Positions 27,901 to 42,200 of a DNA stretch of 64,000 nucleotides are shown here, piece after piece. Numbering within the stretch: position 1 is the first letter of the stretch; each line of letters starts with the position of its first letter. Source of the stretch: Caecitellus pseudoparvulus. Its lineage: Eukaryota; Protista; Bigyra: Bicosoecida. The DNA lies in assembly GCA_965644315.1 (NCBI GenBank), contig CBFFRQ010000214.1:12166-76165 (forward strand). Reading direction: 5' to 3'. The notes under the pieces were generated by a model, which saw nothing but the letters and a program-made list of their open reading frames with translations, searched no databases and was not told where the DNA came from. Position numbers and translations under genes: made by a program.

Positions 27901-30900
27901 CTTGAGAGGACTCTTGAGAAGCTCCAGAGGAAATTGACACATTTCCGGCTTCACTGTACTCAGATGCAACGGTACTCACAAGTACAGAACTTGACATCCC
28001 ACTTGAACTTTGAGCAAGAATCGAAACTCGCCCTTGGTCAGAGCGCTCACCAGCTGAAATGCTCACAACAGACGCGTTCTCCTGACTTGCAAATCCAGAG
28101 TCAGCAGTCAAAATTATTCGTCCATGGCCTGCCTGGGCAAAAGCAGCGAGTTGGATTTCCGCTCGTTCGCTCCCTTGCGCATTCAAGGAAGCTGTTGCTT
28201 TTGTAGAACCCGTGGCACGAAAAGCAACCTCTCCGCTCCCCCCGACACTTTTGGAAGAAATGAGAATAGCAGAAGGTCCTTGCGATTCGATGGATGTCAG
28301 TTGAACTCTACTGCCACTGTCACCGGCGGAAGTACTGCTGATTTGGACCAAGCTGGTGTCAGAGCTTCGGGACTGGCTGCTAATTCTCACGGCCGCGGGT
28401 GAGGCACCTTCGCCTTGCGCCTTGAAAGTGATAGCTGTTTCACCCTTCACTGATGCCGTTGCATCAAGATCAATGCTTGCGTTATGAGACTCGGCATTTC
28501 CAGACTGAAATACGATGCTGGAATTGGTGCCCTGTGTAGCCCCTGCCGAAATGTCAATCCGTCCAGAAGAATGGCCAGATCCAGCTGAAATTTCCACCAG
28601 TCCACCCTCTTTTGAACTCACTCCTGCAGCCAAGACAATACTCCCGCTGCTTTCAGAGGCAGAGCCTGAGCGGATGCTCAAAGAACCAGAGGACCTACCT
28701 TGCCCACTGCTCAGAGACACACCTCCAGAACGGGAGTGCCCGGATGCACTTGCGAGAGAAAGCTCACCAGATATTGCTGCCGAGCCAGTTTTCATTTGAA
28801 TACTGCCGGACGAGTTGACCGCTTTGTTTGTGGCAATATGAATGCTCCCCCCAGCCATGCCACCTGCCCCTGCTGACATGAGAACTTCTCCAGGGCGAAC
28901 CCCTCCATCACCTGACGCGAGAGAGACACCACCAGAAACATCTTGCGCAGTTCCTGAATGCAGCTCCACGTTCCCGCTTGTTATTTGCGAAGCTCCAGAG
29001 CCCAGAGAAACGTTTCCACTCCGTAGTTCGCCTGCCCCAGAATGAAACCCCAACGAACCAGATATTGGGCCCTTTCCGGTACTGATACTAACATGTCCGC
29101 TTGCTGCAGAAGTCGAACCCCCCGTTTCAAGCCTGATTTCACCTCCAGATCCTACCTCTGACCCTCCTGCGAACAGGTAAACACTACCGGCAGTCTCTGT
29201 GCCAGACCCGGTGCCAACCGACACAGTCCCTCCGGAACCAGAGCTTGACCCGGACCGAATCATGACCGATCCAGAGGAAACTTTTGAAGTACCTGAAGCA
29301 AGATTCATGGATCCTGACTGAAAAGATCCACTTGTCTTGACCGAAAATTGTCCGGAAATGCCGGACACGGCCCAGCCAGATCTCAGCTGAACTGAACCAG
29401 AGTGCAACTGAGACACACCTGAATCAAGAGTAACATTACCTGAGCTCCTGAAAGCAATCGAACCAGAAGCTACTGAGGCGGTGCCTGACGAAATTGAAAT
29501 ACCACCGCTCTCCTCAGAGCCACTGCCGCTCGCAATTCGCACTGAGCCGCCATGCCCTTCCGCGGAAACAAAAACTCCGGTACCAGACTTCTCTGAAGCA
29601 CTCTTCAAGACAACTTGACCAGTTGATCGTTCAGATGAACCTCCAGCTTGAATGGAAACAGTCGCGTCGTCGCCGGCAGCTTGAACAAAAACCTCGCTCT
29701 GTCCACCAACACTGTGCCCAACAAGCGTCACGTTGCTCGACCCGGAAGAATCGGAGACAGTGGCGCCAAGGTTCATCATTGCTGCTTGTTCACCATGTGC
29801 TTGTAGAAGAACTCTTGATGCCCCAGAATCACTCGCAGCAGTGATTGTTGCGTCGGCGAGTTGTGCACCGCCAATGCTGGACAGCTTCAGTAAAGAGGGC
29901 GTGCCAACAGCTGGCCCCGCCGCCAAATGTACAACTCCGCTAGATTCCACGCCTGCTCCACTTTCAAGGACAAGAGGACCACTAGATTCGCTGTCCCCGC
30001 TTGAAAGGGACAATGCACCGGAACCAGAGAGTGCATCGCCAGTCGAAACACTAATCCCACCGCTCGAGACCTTGCCCGTGGTAGCTAAACTCATTGATCC
30101 TGACTGAAACGCATTCCCAGACCGAATAATCATTCCGCCACTGGAATTTGTTCCCTTGCCTGACTCTATTCTGAGGGCGCCCCCCAGTGACGACTGCCCC
30201 GCTTGAATCGCAACATCACCGGAGACTAAACTCCTCCCGGAGGAAATAGTGACAGACCCCGAACGGGACACTGCCCGGCCTGCAATGATGCCAATGCCAC
30301 CTGTTTCATGCCCTGCTCCAGACTTGAGCTGGATACCACCACTTCTTAAACCTGATCCGGTTCGAAGGGATGTGCTGCCAGTCTCTGCTGAAGCATCCCC
30401 AGAGGCCACCAAAATACCCCCCTTTGCCCCATGCAGACGACCCGAACGAACAGAAAAATTGCCACTTTGGCTACCTCGACCACTGGCAAGCCGTACTACA
30501 CCGGACGTTAACAACCCTTCCCCAGATTCAAGTACGACATCCCCTCCTTGCTCCATCGACTGACCGGCTGCAACGAGCACGCTACCACTCACGCCCCGAC
30601 TGGCAGCACTTGACACACTAACGGACCCACTGGCCCCCGCCTCGGATGGCCCCGTCGTGACGTGCACCTCACCACTTGACACAGGGCCCTGGCCCGACGC
30701 CACAGACACCCTGCCACCGGCACCAGATGCGCTGCTGCCCCCCAACACAGACACACTGCCAGATTGGACACGTGCCAAGCCACTGCCCAGCTGCACTGCA
30801 CCACTGGCACTGCCAGCGTCACCGCTCATGATGTGCACCGCGCCTGACTGGCCCCCTCTTGATGTGCCTGACTGCAGATGCAACTGACCGCTCGAGCCGC

Positions 30901-33274
30901 CCTCCACAGCGCCGCTGCTGACCTCCACACCACCGCTACCATGGCTGCCAGCTCCCCCCAGCACACTCACACCACCTCCTAGCCCTCCATGAGACCCACC
31001 AGCCTGCAGTACGACGGACCCCCCTTCCCCACGGGCTGCAACACCAGCCTGCAGCACCACGTCGCCACCCGGCCCAGACACTGCACCCCCAGCACGGCCC
31101 GTGATGTCCCCTGATGCCCCACTCGCGCTGCTGCCCGTCGACAACAGTATGCTGCCGCTGTCACCGTCGCTGCCTGACGAGCTCACACGCACGCCACCTG
31201 CGCCTGCATGCACGTCCACGGACCCACCAGCACCCGATGCGACAGACACGGTGCCGCCTTGCGAGCCCCCCCCCGCGGCCACAGTCACATTGCCCCCCGA
31301 CACTGCACCTTTGCCTGTGCCGACAAACACGTCTCCAGACACGCCAGTCGCGCTGTCCCCACTGCGCAGAGACACAGACCCGGACGCCTCGCGGCCCTCT
31401 CCACTGCGCACTTCCACGCGCCCACCAGTACCTTGCATAGACTGTCCAGCATACATGAGCAAGTCTCCGCCCGCTTTGTGGGAGCTACCAACGCTTAAAA
31501 GGATCCCTCCGCTTTGATCACCCGCTGAGGCCCCTGTTCGCATGGCGATGCTGCCGCTGCTGGAAGCATCTCCTGTGAGCACCTGAATGCTTCCCGACAC
31601 AGCACCAGCCTCGCCTGTAGCAAGCCTGACTGATCCACTGGCGTGCTCAGACTGCTTGGAACTGACACTGATGTTTCCAGTCTGGCTCTCTGTGTTTGGA
31701 AGCATGGAGAACCGGCGGCTCCTGGCGTGCAGTGCTGCAAGCAAATCAATGGTGATCTTTGTCTTGTCAACTTCATGAAAGTTCTTCAAGCTGAAGTTCT
31801 TCTCAGGAAGACTCAACTCGGGGTACTCAGAAACGTACTCAGGCATGACCTCCTGGACCTCTTGCGCAATGACACCTCGAGTCTCGATGTCTTTGATGCC
31901 ACGAACGCGCTGCCACTCAGGTGTGTACCGATACTTGGTCACTCGCAGGCGCAGCAAGCGCTGGAGTACATCATCATCATCCACATCTTGGATGTCCGTT
32001 TTGATGCGGCGGTCAGAAGGAGAGTACACTTGCACGAGGTTGGCTGGAACATGAGACATGATGCGCTCCTTGCCCAAACGAAGAACAGTCCCACCAGTGA
32101 CATTCGCACCTAGCATTTGCACCTGGATGGACCCATTGCTCACTGACAGGTGCACCTGATGGCCAGCATGCATCGACAGGTTGCCGGTGGATGAGATGTT
32201 TACCCCACGGCCAAGTGCAAGTGAGGAGGCATGAGAAGCTGAGGAGGAGGATAACCTGACACTAGCATCCGAGGCAGATGAAGTTGCGGACACAGACACT
32301 GACGAAGGACCAGTTTGTGAGTCCGAAACAATACTCACGTTCGATGAGTCAGGTGCCTGCGCTACAAAACTAAGAAGGCTTTCCTGACTTGACTCAGCGA
32401 CGACCTGAGTAGTTTCAGCCGACGCAAGCAGTTTCGAAGACCGAAAATCGACTTCTTGCGAGGCTTTCAGAGCGATCCCATCTCCTGACATCAGTATGGA
32501 GCCGCCCAAGGCTTCGCCAGAGGCGGATCTGCCGCTACGAATGACAACGGATCCACCCCGCCCACCTGCCGAGCTGCCACCCTGCAGAGTGACGTTGCCT
32601 GCATCCCCAGCCATGCCCACACCAGACGACACTGTCACAGACCCACTGCTGCCAGATGCCGACATGGAGCTGCCAAGCAGCAAGTCCCCACTCCGAACAC
32701 CGCCAGCACCAGTCACAAGCTGCACCCGGCCACTCGCCTTCCCCCCTGCACCGGATGACACCATCACGGCGCCTCCACTCCCATCCCGACTCATGCCGGC
32801 GTGCCATGTGATGGACCCACCCTGCTCCCCCGTGCCACCTGCCACAGACACGCTGCCTCCCCGGCTGCCACGCTCAGCCCCGCCGACCAGCCCAGCACGC
32901 ACCTGCACGTTGCCATGCAGACCCTTGCCGTCACCAGCCAGCAAGGAGACATTGCCACTCTCTGTGTGCCCTCTGCCCCCTTGCAGCAACAGTGCCCCGC
33001 CAACACCTTCGCTGCTGGAGCCGGCCGCCACAGTCACGTTGCCACCGACTGCCTTGCCATGGCCAGCCTGCATGGTCAATGAGCCGCCACCACCACCTCG
33101 CAAGCCGCCGCTCGCGCCCGCTGCAATGACCACATCACCCCCACCAATGCGCACACCAGCAGTGCCAGGTGTAGAGCCACCGCCCACTTCCACCGCAATG
33201 CTGCCGCTGACGTCGCCGTCCCCGCTCGACATGTGCACATGGCCACCTTCTCCGCTCAACACTGCTGATGACCC
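2..33274 (-). CDS. Segment 3 of the giant protein (~11,091 aa; absent from the ORF track): second intact ICA, unique zone and the 153/123-aa repeat array
   Basis: No minus-strand ORF in the track terminates in this frame. All Pro-rich plus-strand shadow ORFs from 6 to 32496 start at positions divisible by 3, i.e. one constant register. Hand translation at 2-400, 9662-9990, 16742-16890, 21962-22270 and 26162-26520 is open and gives the Gly/Ser motif. Confidence 0.88.
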
Positions 33275-36200
33275 CCTCGCAAGGTGACACCACCAGAGGA
33301 TCGGGCCACCAATGACACACCACCCCCGCCCTGGCCACCGCTCCCGCCTTGCACGGAAACGTTGCCAGCCACGCCAGCAGCAGCGTCCCCGCTCGCCAGC
33401 ACCACGTCACCCGCAGGCCCATCTGATGCTTGGCCCGTTCGCAGCACCACAGACCCTGAGCGCTGGCCCTCCCCGCTGCTGACCAGCACAGAGCCGCTGG
33501 TGTCTCCGGCCCCACTCCTCACGCTGACGCCTCCCCCAGTCCCAGCGGTGGCGCTTCCAGCTAGAATGCGAGCATGGCCACCCTGCTTTGTGGCATTACC
33601 GGCCACCATTTCAAGCTGACCTGACTGCTGTCCGCTCCCAGTCACTACGCTGACACTGCCACTATTTGAAGCACGTCCAGACGCCACTTGGATGCTTCCA
33701 GATGTGCGCCTAGCCGAGCCCGTCGTAAGCGCCACAGAGCCACTGGTGTCCTCTGCACTCAGTCCACTACTGAGCGCTGCAGAGCCGCTCCGGCGCACTG
33801 CTTTCCCGCTGTGAAGCTTCACAGGCCCACTCTCCGCCCCTGGCCCACTTCTGAAGCTAGCCTTACCGGAAGTTCCCATGTCTGATCTGCCAGATTTGAG
33901 CAGCACGGTACCTGACCTGACACTGCTGCGCCCAGTCGACCCATGCAAGTCACCAGAACGGGCAGCCCCGGAGCCTGTAGACACAGCAATCGCACCTGAC
34001 TCGGCACCATGCCCAGACACGATCTCAACCTTACCACTCTCTGATGCAGAGTCACCAGAAGACAGGCTCACTCGGCCGCTGGCCCCGTGACTGCTTGCAC
34101 CAGTTGCCAGCGATACTTCACCACTCCGGGCCCCGTCACCTGACTGGATCTCAACACTCCCAGACTCAAACTCTGCAGCCTCAGGGGCAGTCCCACCTGA
34201 TCCCACAGAAACACCACCTGATGAAGCAGACGTGCTTCCGGACCTAAGCATCACTGAGCCTGACTTCTCAAGGCCGCGGGTAGCGAGCAGAGTCCCTCCA
34301 CTCCCGCTGGAGACCGCGACGCTGCCAGCTCTGTCAGCGGAGATCTCCACCTTTCCGTGGCTAGCATCAGACCCTTCTGCCACGATTTTCACTTGCCCTC
34401 CAGACTCTGCTGAACCTGTAGCCATCAATTGTACGGTCCCAGCTGATGAGCTGCCACCAGTCCCCACCAATATTCTCCCTGCATGGTCGCTCGCGATACC
34501 GTCACCCGCGGACAGACGGATATCCCCAGCATCAGTTGCAGCCCCTGTCACAACCGAAATTCCACCGGAACTTCCATCAGAGGCCGCCGTGTGCACGTCC
34601 ACACTCCCTGAGCCCAGCGCTCCGGCACCAGACCGTAGCACAATACCCCCCCCTGACTTCCTGTCGCTGCCGCTGCCGCCCTGCAGAGTCATATTACCGC
34701 CTGGCCCCGCCTGGCCTGAACCAGCCAGCACAGTCACACTGCCTCCTGACCCCAATGCATCTGTGCTGGCCCCACCCTGCAGAAGAACTGACCCACCACG
34801 CTGGCTCCCAGACCCACCAGCAACACGAGCTGCACCTCCCTGGAGCCCATTCCCAGCTTCCACAGCGACAGAACCACCTGATCCACCCACACCAGAGCCT
34901 GCTGCGATGCTCATCGCTCCACCTTGCACCTCGCTGTGCCCTGCTTCCAATGACACGGTGCCCCCTGAGCCCTCTTCACTTGGCCCTGCGATCAATGAAA
35001 TGCCACCGCTTCCAGCGCTGCCGGCGCCTGTTCCAATGGTCACATGCCCAGACACAGCCGCAGCAGAATCACCCGTGGTGATGCTGATGGGCCCACTGCT
35101 GCGTGTGCTTACTGCACCTGTGGAGACGTACATGCCACCACTGGGCCCGCTCGAGCTGCTACCGCTGCCCACCACCACCTCACCGCCTTCACCTGCCTCT
35201 GACACGCCAGCTCGCATGGTGAGCACCCCGCCGCGCGCGCCTGCACCGGCTCGCAAAGTCACGTTCCCGCCGATCATGCCGCCCTCGCCAGCTGCCACCC
35301 GCACATTCCCAGCCTGCTCTGAGCCCGAACCAGCCAACACACTGGAGTCGCCACCAGTGCCTGCAGTGCTCTGGCCCCCCACCACTTGCACACTTCCCCC
35401 CATGCCCTCCCCTGCACCAGCGGACACGGCCACCGCTCCACCAGTTCGGCCTTGCCCACCACTCACAGATGCTTGGGCCGTGTGTGCTACAAGGCGCACG
35501 TCACCACCTGCCTGGGCGCCCAGGCCAGCTTCAATGCGCACAGCGCCTCCACCCCCTGTGCTGCGCCCCGCCGACACAGTCACATTCCCACTTGCTCCTT
35601 GAGCTGCATCCCCAGACATCAGAGCCATGGAGCCACTGCTGCCCGCAGATGCCAACCCAGTCTCAATGGTCACGTTGCCTGAAGTGAGACCGGGGCCACT
35701 GCGCAGCGTCAGGCTCCCCCCTGAGTGCCCGTGCCCACCCACGATCTGCACGTCACCCCCAGCGCCCTGCCCATCACCTGCACTGGCAATGACAGAGCCA
35801 CCGACCGAGCCAGATCCTGCCAACAAGCTAGCGCCTCCGCCATGCTCATCAGCACCATCTCCGCCAGACAGCTGCATCTCGCCACCTGCACCGAGTGATG
35901 CCGATCCAGCCAGCAGTGCGACACCCCCACCCTGCAGGGCCCCGCTCCCACTCTCCATCACGACGTCCCCGCCATGCTTGCCTCCGGCGACAGAGCCTGC
36001 CTTGATGGCCACTGAACCGCCAGATCCGCCCTCCACGCTGCGGCCTGCGCTCACTGCCACTGGCCCAGCACCGTCACGCCCAGCGCCAGAGCCCAGCACC
36101 ACAGACCCGGACGTCCCCAAACGAGAGGCACCACTCACCACAGACACGTTCCCAGACCCCAATGCCCCCATTCCACTGGAGAGGAACACGCCCCCACTGG

Positions 36201-39200
36201 AGCCCGACGATGCCTCACCACTGCCCACCTGAACGGACCCTGACGATGCACCGCCGGAGCCAGACACGACACTCAGCGTGCCAGATGCACCCTGGGCGCT
36301 GCGCCCACTTGCCAACATGAGAGCACCACCTGTCGCGTGGCCAGCTGCATGGCCGGCCGACACAGCCACTGAACCGCCTGCACCTGCCAGGCTGCCCCCA
36401 CCAACCACCTGCACCTGGCCTGCATCACCGCTTGAACTATCACCACTGCCCATGCGCACGCTACCACTCACACCCCGACTGGCAGCACTTGACACACTAA
36501 CGGACCCACTGGCCCCCGCCTCGGATGGCCCCGTCGTGACGTGCACCTCACCACTTGACACAGGGCCCTGGCCCGACGCCACAGACACCCTGCCACCGGC
36601 ACCAGATGCGCTGCTGCCCCCCAACACAGACACACTGCCAGATTGGACACGTGCCAAGCCACTGCCCAGCTGCACTGCACCACTGGCACTGCCAGCGTCA
36701 CCGCTCATGATGTGCACCGCGCCTGACTGGCCCCCTCTTGATGTGCCTGACTGCAGATGCAACTGACCGCTCGAGCCGCCCTCCACAGCGCCGCTGCTGA
36801 CCTCCACACCACCGCTACCATGGCTGCCAGCTCCCCCCAGCACACTCACACCACCTCCTAGCCCTCCATGAGACCCACCAGCCTGCAGTACGACGGACCC
36901 CCTTCCCCACGGGCTGCAACACCAGCCTGCAGCACCACGTCGCCACCCGGCCCAGACACTGCACCCCCAGCATGGCCCGTGATGTCCCCTGATGCCCCAC
37001 TCGCGCTGCTGCCCGTCGACAACAGTATGCTGCCGCTGTCACCGTCGCTGCCTGACGAGCTCACACGCACGCCACCTGCGCCTGCATGCACGTCCACGGA
37101 CCCACCAGCACCCGATGCGACAGACACGGTGCCACCTTGCGAGCCCCCCCCCGCGGCCACAGTCACATTGCCCCCCGACACTGCACCTTTGCCTGTGCCG
37201 ACAAACACGTCTCCAGACACGCCAGTCGCGCTGTCCCCACTGCGCAGAGACACAGACCCGGACGCCTCGCGGCCCTCTCCACTGCGCACTTCCACGCGCC
37301 CACCAGTACCTTGCATAGACTGTCCAGCATACATGAGCAAGTCTCCGCCCGCTTTGTGGGAGCTACCAACGCTTAAAAGGATCCCTCCGCTTTGATCGCC
37401 CGCTGAGGCCCCTGTTCGCATGGCGATGCTGCCGCTGCTGGAAGCATCTCCTGTGAGCACCTGAATGCTTCCCGACACAGCACCAGCCTTGCCTGTAGCA
37501 AGCCTGACTGATCCACTAGCGTGCTCAGACTGCTTCGAACTGACACTGATGTTTCCAGTCTGGCTCTCTGTGTTTGGAAGCATGGAGAACCGGCGGCTCC
37601 TGGCGTGCAGTGCTGCAAGCAAATCAATGGTGATCTTTGTCTTGTCAACTTCATGAAAGTTCTTCAAGCTGAAGTTCTTCTCAGGAAGACTCAACTCGGG
37701 GTACTCAGAAACGTACTCAGGCATGACCTCCTGGACCTCTTGCGCAATGACACCTCGAGTCTCGATGTCTTTGATGCCACGAACGCGCTGCCACTCAGGT
37801 GTGTACTGATACTTGGTCACTCGCAGGCGCAGCAAGCGCTGGAGTACATCATCATCATCCACATCTTGGATGTCCGTTTTGATGCGGCGGTCAGAAGGAG
37901 AGTACACTTGCACGAGGTTGGCTGGAACATGAGACATGATGCGCTCCTTGCCCAAACGAAGAACAGTCCCACCCGTGACATTGGCACTTGAAATGCTGAC
38001 ATCGAATCCAGCCTGAGAGCTAAATGTAGATGAAGCGGCATGTGTTCTCAAAAGCCCAGAGGTGGATAGTGATGCTCCTAATTCAGACACAGATAGTACT
38101 GATGATTCGGACCGCGACTGGCTGCGCGCAACAAGCTGGACAGAACCACCAGGACCGTTAGACGAGACTGATATTCTCGAAGACTCTTGCCATGGTTCCC
38201 CTGCTGCAATGCTCACGTCGCCTCCACGCCCGACGCCGTCGCCAGCATGAAGCACCACGCTTCCACCATCATTGCCACGCCCAGCCACAAGTGCCAACTT
38301 GCTACCTACGCCCTCTGCCGTGGATGAGCTCAGCAGCTCAATCCCTGTGCCACTCTCATGCTCGCCAGATGCAGCTGCCACGACCACACCATGCCCTGCC
38401 AGGCCCAGCTGTGCTCCAGCAGTCACCGACACGCCACCCGCGCCGCCGACTACCTGCACGCCCCCGCCTTCACCACTGCTTGACTCCCCACCAGCAATCA
38501 ACACCGAACCGCTGCCCACAGCAGCACCACTGCCGCCCATCAAGCTCACAGACCCGCCCCGCCCACCTGCCGAGCTGCCACCCTGCAGAGTGACGTTGCC
38601 TGCATCCCCAGCCATGCCCACACCAGACGACACTGTCACAGACCCACTGCTGCCAGATGCCGACATGGAGCTGCCAAGCAGCAAGTCCCCACTCCGAACA
38701 CCGCCAGCACCAGTCACAAGCTGCACCCGGCCACTCGCCTTCCCCCCTGCACCGGATGACACCATCACGGCGCCTCCACTCCCATCCCGACTCATGCCGG
38801 CGTGCCATGTGATGGACCCACCCTGCTCCCCCGTGCCACCTGCCACAGACACGCTGCCTCCCCGGCTGTCACGCTCAGCCCCGCCGACCAGCCCAGCACG
38901 CACCTGCACGTTGCCATGCAGACCCTTGCCGTCACCAGCCAGCAAGGAGACATTGCCACTCTCTGTGTGCCCTCTGCCCCCTTGCAGCAACAGTGCCCCG
39001 CCAACACCTTCGCTGCTGGAGCCGGCCGCCACAGTCACGTTGCCACCGACTGCCTTGCCATGGCCAGCCTGCATGGTCAATGAGCCGCCACCACCACCTC
39101 GCAAGCCGCCGCTCGCACCCGCTGCAATGACCACATCACCCCCACCAATGCGCACACCAGCAGTGCCAGGTGTAGAGCCACCGCCCACTTCCACCGCAAT

Positions 39201-42200
39201 GCTGCCGCTGACGTCGCCGTCCCCGCTCGACATGTGCACATGGCCACCTTCTCCGCTCAACACTGCTGATGACCCCCCTCGCAAGGTGACACCACCAGAG
39301 GATCGGGCCACCAATGACACACCACCCCCGCCCTGGCCACCGCTCCCGCCTTGCACGGAAACGTTGCCAGCCACGCCAGCAGCAGCGTCCCCGCTCGCCA
39401 GCACCACGTCACCCGCAGGCCCATCTGATGCTTGGCCCGTTCGCAGCACCACAGACCCTGAGCGCTGGCCCTCCCCGCTGCTGACCAGCACAGAGCCACT
39501 GGTGTCTCCGGCCCCACTCCTCACGCTGACGCCTCCCCCAGTCCCAGCGGTGGCGCTTCCAGCTAGAATGCGAGCATGGCCACCCTGCTTTGTGGCATTA
39601 CCGGCCACCATTTCAAGCTGACCTGACTGCTGTCCGCTCCCAGTCACTACGCTGACACTGCCACTATTTGAAGCACGTCCAGACGCCACTTGGATGCTTC
39701 CAGATGTGCGCCTAGCCGAGCCCGTCGTAAGCGCCACAGAGCCACTGGTGTCCTCTGCACTCAGTCCACTACTGAGCGCTGCAGAGCCGCTCCGGCGCAC
39801 TGCTTTCCCGCTGTGAAGCTTCACAGGCCCACTCTCTGCCCCTGGCCCACTTCTGAAGCTAGCCTTACCGGAAGTTCCCATGTCTGATCTGCCAGATTTG
39901 AGCAGCACGGTACCTGACTTGACACTGCTGCGCCCAGTCGACCCATGCAAGTCACCTGAACGGGCAGCCCCGGAGCCTGTAGACACAGCAATCGCACCTG
40001 ACTCGGCACCATGCCCAGACACGATCTCAACCTTACCACTCTCTGATGCTGCGTCACCAGAAGACAGGCTCACTCGGCCGCTGGCCCCGTGACTGCTTGC
40101 ACCAGTTGCCAGCGATACTTCACCACTCCGGGCCCCGTCACCTGACTGGATCTCAACACTCCCAGACTCAAACTCTGCAGCATCAGGGGCAGCCCCACCT
40201 GATCCCACAGAAACACCACCTGATGAAGCAGACGTGCTTCCGGACCTAAGCATCACTGAGCCTGACTTCTCAAGGCCGCGGGTAGCGAGCAGAGTACCTC
40301 CACTCCCGCTGGAGACCGCGACGCCGCCAGCTCTGTCAGCGGAGATCTCCACCTTTCCGTGGCTAGCATCAGACCCTTCTGCCACGATTTTCACTTGCCC
40401 TCCAGACTCTGCTGAACCTGTAGCCATCAATTGTACGGTCCCAGCTGATGAGCTGCCACCAGTCCCCACCAATATTCTCCCTGCATGGTTGCTCGCGATA
40501 CCGTCACCCGCGGACAGACGGATATCCCCAGCATCAGTTGCAGCCCCTGTCACAACCGAAATTCCACCGGAACTTCCATCAGAGGCCGCCGTGTGCACGT
40601 CCACACTCCCTGAGCCCAGCGCTCCGGCACCAGACCGTAGCACAATACCCCCCCCTGACTTCCTGTCGCTGCCGCTGCCGCCCTGCAGAGTCATATTACC
40701 GCCTGGCCCCGCCTGGCCTGAACCAGCCAGCACAGTCACACTGCCTCCTGACCCCAATGCATCTGCGCTGGCCCCACCCTGCAGAAGAACTGACCCACCA
40801 CGCTGGCTCCCAGACCCACCAGCAACACGAGCTGCACCTCCCTGGAGCCCATTCCCAGCTTCCACAGCGACAGAACCACCTGATCCACCCACACCAGAGC
40901 CTGCTGCGATGCTCATCGCTCCACCTTGCACCTCGCTGTGCCCTGCTTCCAATGACACGGTGCCCCCTGAGCCCTCTTCACTTGGCCCTGCGATCACTGA
41001 AATGCCACCGCTTCCAGCGCTGCCGGCGCCTGTTCCAATGGTCACATGCCCAGACACAGCCGCAGCAGAATCACCCGTGGTGATGCTGATGGGCCCACTG
41101 CTGCGTGTGCTTACTGCACCTGTGGAGACGTACATGCCACCACTGGGCCCGCTCGAGCTGCTACCGCTGCCCACCACCACCTCACCGCCTTCACCTGCCT
41201 CTGACACGCCAGCTCGCATGGTGAGCACCCCGCCGCGCGCGCCTGCACCGGCTCGCAAAGTCACGTTCCCGCCGATCATGCCGCCCTCGCCAGCTGCCAC
41301 CCGCACATTCCCAGCCTGCTCTGAGCCCGAACCAGCCAACACACTGGAGTCGCCACCAGTGCTTGCAGTGCTCTGGCCCCCCACCACTTGCACACTTCCC
41401 CCCATGCCCTCCCCTGCACCAGCGGACACGGCCACCGCTCCACCAGTTCGGCCTTGCCCACCACTCACAGATGCTTGGGCCGTGTGTGCTACAAGGCGCA
41501 CGTCACCACCTGCCTGGGCGCCCAGGCCAGCTTCAATGCGCACAGCGCCTCCACCCCCTGTGCTGCGCCCCACCGACACAGTCACATTCCCACTTGCTCC
41601 TTGAGCTGCATCCCCAGACATCAGAGCCATGGAGCCACTGCTGCCCGCAGATGCCAACCCAGTCTCAATGGTCACGTTGCCTGAAGTGAGACCGGGGCCA
41701 CTGCGCAGCGTCAGGCTCCCCCCTGAGTGCCCGTGCCCACCCACGATCTGCACGTCACCCCCAGCGCCCTGCCCATCACCTGCACTGGCAATGACAGAGC
41801 CACCGACCGAGCCAGATCCTGCCAACAAGCTAGCGCCTCCGCCATGCTCATCAGCACCATCTCCGCCAGACAGCTGCATCTCGCCACCTGCACCGAGTGA
41901 TGCCGATCCAGCCAGCAGTGCGACACCCCCACCCTGCAGGGCCCCGCTCCCACTCTCCATCACGACGTCCCCGCCATGCTTGCCTCCGGCGACAGAGCCT
42001 GCCTTGATGGCCACTGAACCGCCAGATCCGCCCTCCACGCTGCGGCCTGCGCTCACTGCCACTGGCCCAGCACCGTCACGCCCAGCGCCAGAGCCCAGCA
42101 CCACAGACCCGGACGTCCCCAAACGAGAGGCACCACTCACCACAGACACGTTCCCAGACCCCAATGCCCCCATTCCACTGGAGAGGAACACGCCCCCACT

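Noticed and set aside
31709-37901. Prophage tail-fibre locus
   Set aside because: S74 is common in phage, but there are no other phage genes here and the domains are internal to one giant CDS. A giant-virus origin cannot be excluded.
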